Sequence record: OM718002.1 | Reading direction: 5' to 3' (one strand) | Length of the DNA: 64,000 bases | In this document: positions 40,497 to 52,164 of the stretch, in pieces | Numbering within the stretch: position 1 is the stretch's first letter | Layout of the letters: every line of letters starts with the position of its first letter | The notes under the pieces: generated by a model | What the model was told of the DNA's origin: nothing | What the model saw: only the letters and a program-made list of their open reading frames with translations | Database searches by the model: none | Program-made: the position numbers and the translations under genes

Positions 40497-40689
40497 TAGT
40501 TACCTCTTTTAATTTGTCTTTAATATAACTTCGGATAAATGCTCGTTTTTCTTCACGAGTTAACCCAGGTGGAGCGGTTGGTAATGTGATAGTACCACTG
40601 TTAATTGCCTTCTTCATCCGATCTAAGTCAAAATTAAATTCGGTATGATTTGTCATTATATTGAACCATATTAAGTTAGTAATTGGCAA
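40480..40689 (-). CDS. Small hypothetical protein
   Basis: 69 aa or shorter; lies directly below an early promoter. Confidence 0.5.
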   Translation of the reverse strand: MPITNLIWFNIMTNHTEFNFDLDRMKKAINSGTITLPTAPPGLTREEKRAFIRSYIKDKLKEVTNDERE

Positions 40690-40692
40690 TCA

Positions 40693-40718
40693 GACTATAT
40701 AAATCTTAATTATTTTTT
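40693..40718 (-). promoter_or_regulatory. phiKZ early-type promoter motif
   Basis: AAAAAATAATTAAGATTTATATAGTC, just after a hairpin terminator. Confidence 0.6.
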
Positions 40719-40754
40719 AGTATATAAGCCTCCCACTAGGGGAGGCTATATTTC

Positions 40755-42950
40755 TTAATAGAAGTCAGAGATGAGTCGATCGTTATTTTTATCAATAAGG
40801 AAAATACCTAGGGACTCTAAGGTTAGATAGAATACACCCATAGTGTTTCCAATGATAGTTCTAACGTCAGCAACACGCGTAATAACTTCTGGAATACGAC
40901 CAGTTTCTACTACTGTACTCGGGATATGGAAATCACCAATACTGGTTTTATTTTCTTCAGTAACCCATGCTTGAATACGAGCAGCTAATTTCTTATCTTC
41001 GATACCATCAATCCATTCTTTGATCGCAGTTTTATTATTAAGAGTAACTGAGATCTTTACATGTGAATAAGGTGGATCACCAGCGTCACCAAATGATGGA
41101 GCAAATACAGTCTTCCACACTAATCCCTTTTTATGGGTTGAGTTATCTTCAGATTTATAAGACTCAGGTCGTTTAGTTTGACCACTTGTCAGATACTCAG
41201 CTTTACCACTTCTAACAGACTCAATAATTTCTCTTTCGATATCACCAACTTCTTTTAGAATTGAAGCCAAGTCGATTTTCTCTTCAGTCTTTACAGTTTT
41301 AATGATATCTTCCATGAGTGTTTTAGCACGACTATTAATCTTCTTAGGTACTTTACTATCCCTTAGTCCTACACCCTTGATCTCCATTCGTGACTCATTA
41401 AACATTACCCCTTCTTGGGCATCCTGTGATGCAAAGTAATGTTTAGAACGAGTAGTTAAGGCCAGTACTGCGAAATAATATTCGTTCTTCATTGCAAATA
41501 GACGAAGCTTATCTTTAGATACACCCATATTAGCGGATTGAATCGCCAAGATATGCATAACTACTTCAGACACTAGAAACACTAGTGCGAATACTAGTCG
41601 CTTAGCTTCATTGCTAAAAGTTACTTTACCAAAGAATTCCTCAACCCACCATTGTAATGTAAACATAGTGGAGTCAGTATCTGAAATAACAGCAGCTCGT
41701 CTATACACAGTTGGAAAAGCATGAATGCTTGATGGTACACATTTAGTCAAGAAGAAAGCTTCAATCAATAGACGATATTCATTAAGAGTTTCAGCGATAT
41801 TTCGACCAGTGGCATAAACTTGGTTTAATGTATCTGGATCTGACTCTTTTAGTTTAGCTTTAGATCGACCTTTAACAGTATCAAAGCAAATAAAGCTAGC
41901 CAATAGATCCATATCACCATCATAAGTTGAATATTCTTCTTCAGTGATGATTTGTTCTTTTGTTCCAACCTGGCTTAATTTAATTAGAAAGCTCTTGATT
42001 AATTCTTTATTGTATTTATATAAGTGATATAGATCACCTACGTACATAACTGCTGCTCGTTCGACTGGTGTCATCCCAGTAGCTAGTTTTAAAATCTGCG
42101 CCGTGTAGTACTTATTTTGCCAATAGTGTTTAGTTGAATAAAGAACCATATCAACTACTTCTTCTGGCGTTGGGCAATGTAGATTAAAATTAGTTACTGC
42201 TTTTTGAATTAACTCCATATCAGCTACATTAATAATATTTACTAAATTAGCTTTTGTGATTTCTGGAGTATAATAATGCCTATTACCCATAATGAATTTT
42301 TCATTATTTGAGTTAGCATAAGAGGTACCAGTTCTACAGGTAGATGTTAAACTAGAGTGTGTGGACTTATAATAAAGAATAGTGGCAGCAGATACAGTAC
42401 CGCCTGAATATGAGTTATTGTTAATTTTGAAGTTTTCTTGCTCACCTTTACGTACTTGTGCAAGTTCTGTTTTAATTTGTGAATTCTCTTTGTCACCGGC
42501 TTGTAGGAAAGCAGCTGCTTCACGTTCAGCCTGCATCTGCTCACCTTTAACACGCTTACGGTTTTTCACACCTTCAGCAATATAGATGGAGTGCGTAGAC
42601 TGTCTAACAGACTCTGGTAAATATGCAGTCATTGATGGAGATAATAATAGATTCTGTTTCTTAACACGATTAAGGAAAGCCATAAATGAAACAGTCTTTA
42701 ATTCCCTATCGCCAAACTTATTTTTATCTAGAATAGTTGCCATCGGATTACGAAGTGCATATTCACCATCTTGGCGTAATTGCTCTTTAACAAATTCTTT
42801 ACATTCTTCTAAACTAATATTTAATTCATCTTTTGTCATTAATTGAAGATATTTGGCATTATCATCAAGACATGCATTAATGATGTCAATATCACGATGG
42901 TAATCATTGACATCTTTTAAAAACGGATTTGGTTGTGCAAATGCTGTCAT
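40755..42950 (-). CDS. Split B-family DNA polymerase, catalytic subunit (gp50)
   Basis: Motif B KINNNSYSG, motif C ISDTDS, K-x-Y and KGVGL; lacks the exonuclease domain and motif A. Confidence 0.9.
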   Translation of the reverse strand: MTAFAQPNPFLKDVNDYHRDIDIINACLDDNAKYLQLMTKDELNISLEECKEFVKEQLRQDGEYALRNPMATILDKNKFGDRELKTVSFMAFLNRVKKQNLLLSPSMTAYLPESVRQSTHSIYIAEGVKNRKRVKGEQMQAEREAAAFLQAGDKENSQIKTELAQVRKGEQENFKINNNSYSGGTVSAATILYYKSTHSSLTSTCRTGTSYANSNNEKFIMGNRHYYTPEITKANLVNIINVADMELIQKAVTNFNLHCPTPEEVVDMVLYSTKHYWQNKYYTAQILKLATGMTPVERAAVMYVGDLYHLYKYNKELIKSFLIKLSQVGTKEQIITEEEYSTYDGDMDLLASFICFDTVKGRSKAKLKESDPDTLNQVYATGRNIAETLNEYRLLIEAFFLTKCVPSSIHAFPTVYRRAAVISDTDSTMFTLQWWVEEFFGKVTFSNEAKRLVFALVFLVSEVVMHILAIQSANMGVSKDKLRLFAMKNEYYFAVLALTTRSKHYFASQDAQEGVMFNESRMEIKGVGLRDSKVPKKINSRAKTLMEDIIKTVKTEEKIDLASILKEVGDIEREIIESVRSGKAEYLTSGQTKRPESYKSEDNSTHKKGLVWKTVFAPSFGDAGDPPYSHVKISVTLNNKTAIKEWIDGIEDKKLAARIQAWVTEENKTSIGDFHIPSTVVETGRIPEVITRVADVRTIIGNTMGVFYLTLESLGIFLIDKNNDRLISDFY

Positions 42951-43152
42951 TTCACATATCTCTCAGTATACTTATTTTTTAATTATAGTGAATGATATCT
43001 CTCCTTTTAACCAAAAAAAGAAAAGGAAAGAATGGGTACCCTATACGGGTACCCTAAATTGAGAGGTAGCACATCAACTTACATTCACATTAGATGATGT
43101 AAGTAAGTAAAAATAAAACAACATAAAAGGAGCCATAATGGCTCCTTTATAG

Positions 43153-43578
<426 letters not shown>

Positions 43579-43603
43579 CTAAAATAGTTGGTTACATAGG
43601 GTA

Positions 43604-43987
43604 TTACTCATCTAGTAATACTACTACACCAAACAGACCTTTCGTATCCATTGGTACTGTAATGAGCACATGTCCATCTGGATACTTTTCTTTAAAACTA
43701 TTGATAAACTCGGTGCAATATTCAATAACATATCCTTTAGTAGAATAATTCTCTAACTCAATATCTTCGTCAGGATCATCAAATGAGTCATGCCCATACA
43801 TCAGCATATGGATATATATGTCATTATTAAGCGTATCCATATAACTTAACTTACGTGATTCTTCAAATAAATCAAGTGGTGTTGGACAATCTGGATATAT
43901 CATTCGTTTTGTATATTCACGAAGCAAATGTTGCGAATATACTTCTGATTCCTTAGATTTGAATACGATAAATACTCGTTTTTCCAT
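43604..43987 (-). CDS. Hypothetical protein
   Basis: 127 aa in operon. Confidence 0.6.
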   Translation of the reverse strand: MEKRVFIVFKSKESEVYSQHLLREYTKRMIYPDCPTPLDLFEESRKLSYMDTLNNDIYIHMLMYGHDSFDDPDEDIELENYSTKGYVIEYCTEFINSFKEKYPDGHVLITVPMDTKGLFGVVVLLDE

Positions 43988-44059
43988 ATCGGTTCCTAGT
44001 AGGAAGCCTATGTGAACCGATAGGCTTTCCTATTTGCGTCAATTGTTAATATGTGTCAC

Positions 44060-44596
44060 TTAATCAACATCATTGTAACAGTCTATACCAAAGTCTTCAC
44101 CTTCTAGGATATAACCCTGATTATGTTGATCAACTGAGATTGATTGGATTCTTTCTACACTATATCCATTCTGATAGAGATAAGCTATTTCAGATTGTAG
44201 TTTACTAGCCAGTGTTCTACACACAGCTGCAAACCACATATTAAGAACACTCAATGCATATTTATCTTGCATAATCACAGGTGCTACCGATGGAAAGTAT
44301 TCTTGTAAATAATAGTCAACCCCTATAATTGGTTGAGTAGGCTGTTGTGCTAGAAATTCAATATATGCATTAATCGCCTGATACCATAACTGTTCTATAG
44401 ACTGGTGTTCAGTATATGGGTGAGGGGTATTGTAAGACTTATTGACAACTACATCAGCCATTTTATTAACGATGGGCCAGATATCACTGATGTTAACAAC
44501 TACGAAACTCGTCAGTCCTTGTTGGTCTGGAGTTATGTTATTAGCATCATTTATCCGCTGCATTTCTTGTTGTCTATAAAGAAGTGGATGCATCAT
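44060..44596 (-). CDS. Hypothetical protein
   Basis: 178 aa with ATGA coupling to the upstream gene. Confidence 0.6.
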   Translation of the reverse strand: MMHPLLYRQQEMQRINDANNITPDQQGLTSFVVVNISDIWPIVNKMADVVVNKSYNTPHPYTEHQSIEQLWYQAINAYIEFLAQQPTQPIIGVDYYLQEYFPSVAPVIMQDKYALSVLNMWFAAVCRTLASKLQSEIAYLYQNGYSVERIQSISVDQHNQGYILEGEDFGIDCYNDVD

Positions 44597-45027
44597 GTTT
44601 GAGACCTCATAACTAATTTAGTTACCATCTTATATTTATCTACTTCTATACATTTAAGACTAGTAATAAGATTACCTGTTTGAATAACTTGTTTTTGGAT
44701 TATCTCTAGGAAATCAGTTCCAAATAAATCCAATACCCTTTCGATAATCTCAGCAGATCTTAAGTGCCAATTAATAGTATTAGGATTTCCCTGATGATCA
44801 AATACCATCATGCTCATCGGTCTATCTGGTTCTATATAGGTATCGCTTAAGTAATCTTCTAACCATTGCTCTAAAAAGGTAGGCCAATCTAACCTCTGCC
44901 AGTGGTTAAAGTATTCTACATATGCTGCTAGAAGTCTATTAATACACCACAGTACAAAATCAGTCGGCTCATCTACACCTAGCTCTTCCGTAAAAGAACG
45001 CGGTTTCAAAATTAGCAACAATTGCAT
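44593..45027 (-). CDS. Hypothetical protein
   Basis: 144 aa with GGAG RBS. Confidence 0.6.
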   Translation of the reverse strand: MQLLLILKPRSFTEELGVDEPTDFVLWCINRLLAAYVEYFNHWQRLDWPTFLEQWLEDYLSDTYIEPDRPMSMMVFDHQGNPNTINWHLRSAEIIERVLDLFGTDFLEIIQKQVIQTGNLITSLKCIEVDKYKMVTKLVMRSQT

Positions 45028-45427
45028 ATTGACTCCACTCTTTACCAGAGACTATAGTTAATAGAACAACTTTGTTATCTATTACTCTAATGAACTTATA
45101 GTCTATTAAATTCTTCGGTGTTCTATGTAATAATTGGATTCCAGTTGTATAGAACAAATTAATGAACTCATCCCAATCTGGACCATTTCCTAGTTGTATT
45201 GGTATATCCACAAAAGGAATAATCGTATTATCTTGTTGTAATTTAGACATCACCTTAACAACCCATTGAGCTAATAAGGTGATGACAGTAGCTTCATCTT
45301 TATTTGTTAGGTAAGTAAATTTCTTTATCAATGTGATTAATTGTGGGAATACCACTTCGATTGGCAATGCATATACCAGACGTTGTACTTCCTCCGATGT
45401 ACAATCCATCTCGTGCTTCAGTTTCAT
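44969..45427 (-). CDS. Hypothetical protein
   Basis: Likely start MKLKHEM at 45427; overlaps both neighbours. Confidence 0.55.
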   Translation of the reverse strand: MKLKHEMDCTSEEVQRLVYALPIEVVFPQLITLIKKFTYLTNKDEATVITLLAQWVVKVMSKLQQDNTIIPFVDIPIQLGNGPDWDEFINLFYTTGIQLLHRTPKNLIDYKFIRVIDNKVVLLTIVSGKEWSQYAIVANFETAFFYGRARCR

Positions 45428-45752
45428 ACCACAGTTCCTTAGTATTTGTTGGAATGAGGTGCATAATCTGATCTGCACCTTCATCGAGAAGTTCTATCAG
45501 TTTATGCATGAAATGAATGTCTTTAGCATATTCATAGAACATTTCTTCTTTAACAACCATTTGCATAAGCTTCTGTTCTGCCAATGCGACAAGCAAATGC
45601 ATTGCTTCGATATAACTAATATCTAAAAAGTCCAATACAAATCTTAGATAGTTATCATCTTTAATAAGTTTACTTTTAGTCGCTCTTAGTAAAAAACGAG
45701 GTTGTGGTGTGGGTAATGGTGACGTATAGATCTTCTGGTTTCTCAGTATCAT
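45300..45752 (-). CDS. Hypothetical protein
   Basis: 150 aa; C-terminus overlaps the next gene by 128 nt. Confidence 0.5.
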   Translation of the reverse strand: MILRNQKIYTSPLPTPQPRFLLRATKSKLIKDDNYLRFVLDFLDISYIEAMHLLVALAEQKLMQMVVKEEMFYEYAKDIHFMHKLIELLDEGADQIMHLIPTNTKELWYETEARDGLYIGGSTTSGICIANRSGIPTINHIDKEIYLPNK

Positions 45753-46065
45753 AAATAACCCTATTTAACTGGATGTTACCAGCTGATGGTAGAACTACCC
45801 GGTTAGAACAATTATACAGATAAGTTGTTAAATTAATATCACAAATATCCCTATAACCCAGCATCTGATTAATTAGTTCTATGACATCATTAGATGTGCT
45901 ACCCGATGCCCTCTCAGACGCTGCTGCCAATACAATTGTTAATGCATATTCTGCACCAATACTATTTTTTATAGATTTCCAAATATCAGAATGTTGATCT
46001 TGTACAAAAGATCTTACTTCCATTCTGATACACATTGATGTGTCTTTATCATTAGATATGTTCAT
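45676..46065 (-). CDS. Hypothetical protein
   Basis: 129 aa. Confidence 0.55.
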   Translation of the reverse strand: MNISNDKDTSMCIRMEVRSFVQDQHSDIWKSIKNSIGAEYALTIVLAAASERASGSTSNDVIELINQMLGYRDICDINLTTYLYNCSNRVVLPSAGNIQLNRVIYDTEKPEDLYVTITHTTTSFFTKSD

Positions 46066-46114
46066 TATAAAAACCTTATAATCGGTATAAAGCCCCCCAT
46101 AAGGAGGGCTTTAT

Positions 46115-47188
46115 TTAGTATAGATTATTTTCTAAAATGTATCGCTCAGCTTGCGCTCGCTGATCATCAGGTAAATAATCACCACGTTGATATTCAAATA
46201 CTAATTTCTCAATAGGATAAGTTGCATTCTTATTCTTGTATACAGAAATTACATAGCTATGATACTCTAGTTCATACTTAACGTCATGCTCAATTCTGGT
46301 TGAAAAATATGCCATGTTAATAGAACTAACTAGAGGGCTAATATATTTCTCTTCAAATAGTAATAAATTATCAAGTCCTAAACTTGCAAAGAAATCATGG
46401 TTAACCTTAGGTATTAGATAAGATACTTTAATATTACTATATTGTTTAACAATTACACCAATAAGTAATGCAGTTAACTGTTCTTGAATATATTCTACTG
46501 CGATGTTATATGCATGGTTAGTGGTGATGTGGTCTTTATTTAAAGTATAGCTACCACCATTAGCAAGAGATAGCTGAGTTTTACGCCTAGATTCGTAGAT
46601 ACTATAACCTAATGTTTGTAAATTAATTCTGTCAAAGCCATGGAAGAATGTACGGAGAAATTCACTAAATAAATAGTTTAATGGGTTCAGTAGGTTAAGT
46701 GATACCACTGCATGATCATCACCATTATCAATCCCATGGACACGATCATATTCCGCGATACGATAATCTTTGCCACTGATTAAAGTTATAACTGAACCAG
46801 CTTTAACTACATCCCATTGGATCCATGTACCGCTATCGATATATTTAGCTACTTGTTTATAGATATCTAGATAGATAGTTTCTAGATAAGGTAGTTTCAT
46901 TAGATTTTCTACCCAAGCAACTTTATTACTATCTACGTCAGTTACAGCACAATTAAAAATAGCTGCTGCCATCTTAAGATTGGTGTACTGGTCTTTGGCT
47001 GTTTTATATGAAACTAAACTCTCTACTATATTTTCAACCATTAGATGTAAAAACTGTTGAGCCACATCTTTACTCAATTTCACCCCAATCGCTTCATCAA
47101 TTGAAGCTGAAGCTGTAAGCTGACCTAGTAAATCGTATATTGCTTTTTCTTGGTGGCGCGTATCAAGTACAATGAGCTTATTCGACAT
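46115..47188 (-). CDS. Conserved hypothetical protein
   Basis: 357 aa with GGAG RBS; hairpin terminator at 46091-46110. Confidence 0.7.
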   Translation of the reverse strand: MSNKLIVLDTRHQEKAIYDLLGQLTASASIDEAIGVKLSKDVAQQFLHLMVENIVESLVSYKTAKDQYTNLKMAAAIFNCAVTDVDSNKVAWVENLMKLPYLETIYLDIYKQVAKYIDSGTWIQWDVVKAGSVITLISGKDYRIAEYDRVHGIDNGDDHAVVSLNLLNPLNYLFSEFLRTFFHGFDRINLQTLGYSIYESRRKTQLSLANGGSYTLNKDHITTNHAYNIAVEYIQEQLTALLIGVIVKQYSNIKVSYLIPKVNHDFFASLGLDNLLLFEEKYISPLVSSINMAYFSTRIEHDVKYELEYHSYVISVYKNKNATYPIEKLVFEYQRGDYLPDDQRAQAERYILENNLY

Positions 47189-47201
47189 TATATTTCTCCA
47201 A

Positions 47202-47630
47202 TTAATTTTTTGGAATAGCGATCCAAACTGTGTTCTTTAACCGATAAAATATTACAAACTTACCTGCATTTACTCTAGGTATAATTTTTAATATATCCCA
47301 AAGATCAGATGCGGCCTCATGATTATCATGAAACCATTGGATTTCTTGAGGGGTGTTATTTATTGGATTATATCCAGTAGTATACATGAATTCAAAAGAG
47401 TCAATAGAATATTTAAAGAAGTCATCAATTAAGCTGTCCTCTACTGATTTAAATATATGCTCTAATGTACCATAGTCATCTGGATGTATTCCAAAGCTTT
47501 GGCACCTAATTGCTAAACGAGCATTTATTAGCTCTTTTGGCGATCTTGGTACTAACTTGGCTATCACCCTCGTTACATCTATTACATACAGGTCAGCTAC
47601 TTGGGGAGTAGTCACAGTACAATCTCTCAT
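47202..47630 (-). CDS. Hypothetical early protein
   Basis: 142 aa directly below an early promoter. Confidence 0.6.
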   Translation of the reverse strand: MRDCTVTTPQVADLYVIDVTRVIAKLVPRSPKELINARLAIRCQSFGIHPDDYGTLEHIFKSVEDSLIDDFFKYSIDSFEFMYTTGYNPINNTPQEIQWFHDNHEAASDLWDILKIIPRVNAGKFVIFYRLKNTVWIAIPKN

Positions 47631-47645
47631 TAAATGTTCAGGAAC

Positions 47646-47670
47646 ATGATATAGATCTAAAAATATTTTT
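47646..47670 (-). promoter_or_regulatory. phiKZ early-type promoter motif
   Basis: AAAAATATTTTTAGATCTATATCAT. Confidence 0.7.
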
Positions 47671-47757
47671 AGTCAAATCTGTTCGTGGTAAGCCGATGTA
47701 TATTATACCTTAGTTGGGTATTATCTCCATCGAAAAAACGCGTACAGCGCATTATAG

Positions 47758-48567
<810 letters not shown>

Positions 48568-48677
48568 AAAAAAAATAAAAAAAAAGACATAATGCCCTCC
48601 CATTGCGGGAGGGCTTATGCCATTAAGATAATATCTAAATAACACTATATTTAAAAACATACTGGTATAACCCATCA

Positions 48678-48983
48678 TCAATTAATACTGTTGAGAATCT
48701 TTTTGATGAGATCACCAGGTGCAATACCAATACCTGAACAATACCGTCTAAAGTTATTACACGGTTGACATGCTTTCTTTTCAACGATATTTAATTCAAA
48801 GCAAATATTGCCACGTGAATCTAGAATGGATATAAATGCTTTGTTACCTGTTACGCGATATGTCTTACCGAATACAACAGTTGTTTTATATGCAAGGCTA
48901 TTCATGATTATTCCTTTAACATGGATTATTATCATGTTTGTAATATAGCCTTTAAATGTATTTAAATATTTATTAAACCCCAT
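48678..48983 (-). CDS. Small hypothetical protein
   Basis: 101 aa or shorter, Cys-containing. Confidence 0.45.
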   Translation of the reverse strand: MGFNKYLNTFKGYITNMIIIHVKGIIMNSLAYKTTVVFGKTYRVTGNKAFISILDSRGNICFELNIVEKKACQPCNNFRRYCSGIGIAPGDLIKKILNSIN

Positions 48984-49260
48984 AGCGATGAGCTATATAT
49001 GTTTTTAATACCTCATATGCCTTATCAGTTGCCATGGAACTATTGACAAAATCAGAATGATCAATCTTAATAATCTTACCGAATGAATCATAATCGATAG
49101 TTGTAACTGCTATTCGATCACTATCACGGATCAATAGTTTATTTTTATTTAAAACAAAAATATTCCATTTCTCGCCATCGGCTAAAATAACATCCTCATC
49201 TTTAAGATTAAGACGAACAAACTGTTTTACATAAATACTTAACTGAGCAACTGTTGACAT
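48973..49260 (-). CDS. Small hypothetical protein
   Basis: 95 aa in operon. Confidence 0.55.
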   Translation of the reverse strand: MSTVAQLSIYVKQFVRLNLKDEDVILADGEKWNIFVLNKNKLLIRDSDRIAVTTIDYDSFGKIIKIDHSDFVNSSMATDKAYEVLKTYIAHRYGV

Positions 49261-49571
49261 AATGATTTCTCGATATCTGTTAATGAAATAATCATATCTT
49301 GGACATTGATGGTAATAACATTTTTATAAGTTAAATAAGTTGGATATGAACCCATAAATGTAATAGTCCCACAGATATGATTTTTATATCTAATATCAAC
49401 ACATCCGTCATATCTCCAGATAAAATCAAATGATCCTTTAGTGTGGTGTTCAAGTGAAAGAATAGAACCACTAACTAATTTAGGATATTGTTCAAATTCA
49501 GACATTACATAATCTGCCAGTTCCTTAACCTCAGGATAATCAATCAATAATAGCATATACGTAAATCTCAA
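49239..49571 (-). CDS. Small hypothetical protein
   Basis: 110 aa in operon. Confidence 0.55.
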   Translation of the reverse strand: MRFTYMLLLIDYPEVKELADYVMSEFEQYPKLVSGSILSLEHHTKGSFDFIWRYDGCVDIRYKNHICGTITFMGSYPTYLTYKNVITINVQDMIISLTDIEKSLCQQLLS

Positions 49572-50041
49572 TTAGTTAATATAACACCCCATCCAGGGTG
49601 GACTCTTTCGAAAAATGGTAATGTATTATTTCGTATACTGTCTGCATCAATATTTGGAATGTGGATGGTACAACAGTGGGGGTTACTGTCAATCTTGAAA
49701 TAGAAATTATCTTTTAAATCTTCAACCTTGGATGTTTGTAATGGATATAAAATACCATTCCCCCAAACATACCAACGTCTATACAGCTTATCGTTTAACC
49801 GCTTCTCAATAACCGAATGCGATTTGAAACGAGGAACTCGCAAACGCATCCCGTTTACTTCAGCCCATTTGTCTACCCGATCATAGCTAATAATTCCATC
49901 CTTAACCATTACAAAGATAAATCCCTCAACTATGTTGGGGAGACGAACTACGTGTTTCAGAACCATAGTAAACGGAGATAACGTCAGATCAAGTTCAGCT
50001 GCCATTTGCTCGTCGAGCTTTTTAGCAGTGTTCTTTGCCAT
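49568..50041 (-). CDS. Hypothetical protein
   Basis: 157 aa with AGGAG RBS. Confidence 0.65.
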   Translation of the reverse strand: MAKNTAKKLDEQMAAELDLTLSPFTMVLKHVVRLPNIVEGFIFVMVKDGIISYDRVDKWAEVNGMRLRVPRFKSHSVIEKRLNDKLYRRWYVWGNGILYPLQTSKVEDLKDNFYFKIDSNPHCCTIHIPNIDADSIRNNTLPFFERVHPGWGVILTN

Positions 50042-50080
50042 CGGTTATCTCCTAATATACAGATTATTAATTATCGCTAG

Positions 50081-50563
50081 TTATTTAATATCTGCAAAAT
50101 TCTGATTTACTTTACCCATAAAAATACCATCGGCTCTATCGTCATAATAAAGCTTCCCTGCTTTAGCATTACATAAAACTCCATAAATGTGACCATTGTA
50201 ACCATCAAAATTAAATAAAGATGGATTATGCGGTACATGAATGAATCCCATTTTATCGCACAGAAACTTAGCTACAGCAGCCGATCGGCTAATACCTGCC
50301 TCACAGTGTACGAATAGGTGTTGACCCTTACCAAGAGCTTCACAGAAGGAAATAATACGTTGTGCATGCCGATGATCAAATAGATCATAAGAAGAATCAA
50401 CATAATCCTCAATGTCATCAACATTGATACGTAAATAATTAAGATGTTTTGCTGAATAAAGTGGGACTCTACCTTTCTCCAGTAGACAGATCATATTTCT
50501 AGGGGAATAAAATGATTCAGCTACATGCAAAGGAATATAAGTAACTGTATTTACTGGCTTCAT
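50081..50563 (-). CDS. Cys-based (PTP/dual-specificity-like) phosphatase
   Basis: VHCEAGISRSAA is the HCX5R P-loop; GAGG RBS. Confidence 0.75.
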   Translation of the reverse strand: MKPVNTVTYIPLHVAESFYSPRNMICLLEKGRVPLYSAKHLNYLRINVDDIEDYVDSSYDLFDHRHAQRIISFCEALGKGQHLFVHCEAGISRSAAVAKFLCDKMGFIHVPHNPSLFNFDGYNGHIYGVLCNAKAGKLYYDDRADGIFMGKVNQNFADIK

Positions 50564-50617
50564 ATTACACCTCGTTACAAAAAAAATAAAAGGAGCCCCG
50601 AAGGGCTCCAGTATAGG

Positions 50618-51601
50618 TTAATCGAATACAAGACCACTACTAGTTGCTTGGTCATCCACATCTAGAGTAGACTGACGCTTACGCATATTAGCTTTGGCTC
50701 GATTCATCATTTCACGACGTTCTTCTAATCGTTTACGAATATCTTCAACAGATAGACTAGTGATCACAAAATGCATTTGATCGAAATCATATTTCTCGGG
50801 ATCAGCATAACCAGTGGTACGAGTTAAAACAGTGTTAATGGATACTTCGCGATCAGGGTCAGTGTATAGCGAAGCAATAGAAATTGGGTCCAGAATAGCC
50901 TGGGCTTCTTGACGATCAAAACACACGTGTAATTGGACAGTCTGTACAGGTACATCATGGTGTTTATGGAAGTGTGCCCAGTTAGTGATATCCATTAGAT
51001 CAAGACTTTGGTGTTCTTGATTAAATAGAGTTACTAGTGCATCTAGTACTTCAAGAATGTTTTGGTTCACCATTGACTGCGGTACACCTTCAACATTCTC
51101 ATGATAGTTAATAATCATCGGAACTTTACTAACAGAGGAAACCCCTTCAAACGTCTTAAGGCTACCACTACTATTTCGAAGACTAATATCACTGTCGTAA
51201 GATCCAATGACCACACTTACAACTACTTCACCTTGTTGTTGTAGATGACTGACAAGGGAAGGACCAATAGTTGAACCAGAAGCACCACCCATTGAATACA
51301 CTACAATGTTAGCATCCCCTGCTGGGAAATGATGGGCAATGGCAGGAATGTGTGAAGAGATTAGTTCTGCGGCTGCCTTACGATCTTTACCCATACCGAT
51401 AGCACGTTTACGTGCGGTCTGGTCAGCTAGCTTAGTATCCGCTTCAATAATGATCGTATTATCGTCAGTATTGTGTTTGTGTTTATTTTGTACACTGGTA
51501 TCAATGTAGCAAACATCCTCATGATAACCATGGAATAGTTCACCAATACGGAAACCAGCACCACCACAAAAGTAAATTCGAGTTTTTACTTTAGACATCA
51601 T
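50618..51601 (-). CDS. phuZ: Phage tubulin PhuZ (gp39)
   Basis: CGGAGFRIG, tubulin signature SMGGASGSTIG, and a C-terminal LDVDD...GLVFD tail. Confidence 0.97.
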   Translation of the reverse strand: MMSKVKTRIYFCGGAGFRIGELFHGYHEDVCYIDTSVQNKHKHNTDDNTIIIEADTKLADQTARKRAIGMGKDRKAAAELISSHIPAIAHHFPAGDANIVVYSMGGASGSTIGPSLVSHLQQQGEVVVSVVIGSYDSDISLRNSSGSLKTFEGVSSVSKVPMIINYHENVEGVPQSMVNQNILEVLDALVTLFNQEHQSLDLMDITNWAHFHKHHDVPVQTVQLHVCFDRQEAQAILDPISIASLYTDPDREVSINTVLTRTTGYADPEKYDFDQMHFVITSLSVEDIRKRLEERREMMNRAKANMRKRQSTLDVDDQATSSGLVFD

Positions 51602-51651
51602 TACACCTCATTGTGTTTAATATAAATTCATATACCAACTTGTAAATGGTA

Positions 51652-52164
51652 TCAGTGCTTAAAAGTAACGATCTCTTCATGAGTTCGTTCTTGATGAACA
51701 ATTAATTCATTAACCACTTTACCAGTATCAGATTTAAATTCGATTACCATCTTATCTCGACACATGTATGTTTGCCAAGTACCACCAGACTTAACACAAT
51801 CAATAATCATGTTAAGTACATTCTTAACTTCAATCTTACTAACTTTATAACGATAAACGTTTAGAAGTTCAGTAAGCCATTTCGTTTTTGGGATTTTGGC
51901 ATTTTTACGTTCTTTTGAAATATCAAAAGGAATTAGTGCAATGATCTCACCATCTTTGTTGGTGAATTCAAATACCATTCCTTTTGAGTTAGCTAAAGGA
52001 CGAATGTTATAATTACCTTTAACACTGCATACTTCTTCAGATAACTTAACTAACCTATCTAGTTGAACATCAGATGCATGAATGTTATCTTCTTTAAATG
52101 CTTTCTTTAGTTCATCATGAGTTAGTGGAGTACGTACTAGAGTGTAATCTTTCTGTTCAGTCAT
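51652..52164 (-). CDS. Hypothetical protein (gp38-like)
   Basis: 170 aa. Confidence 0.65.
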   Translation of the reverse strand: MTEQKDYTLVRTPLTHDELKKAFKEDNIHASDVQLDRLVKLSEEVCSVKGNYNIRPLANSKGMVFEFTNKDGEIIALIPFDISKERKNAKIPKTKWLTELLNVYRYKVSKIEVKNVLNMIIDCVKSGGTWQTYMCRDKMVIEFKSDTGKVVNELIVHQERTHEEIVTFKH

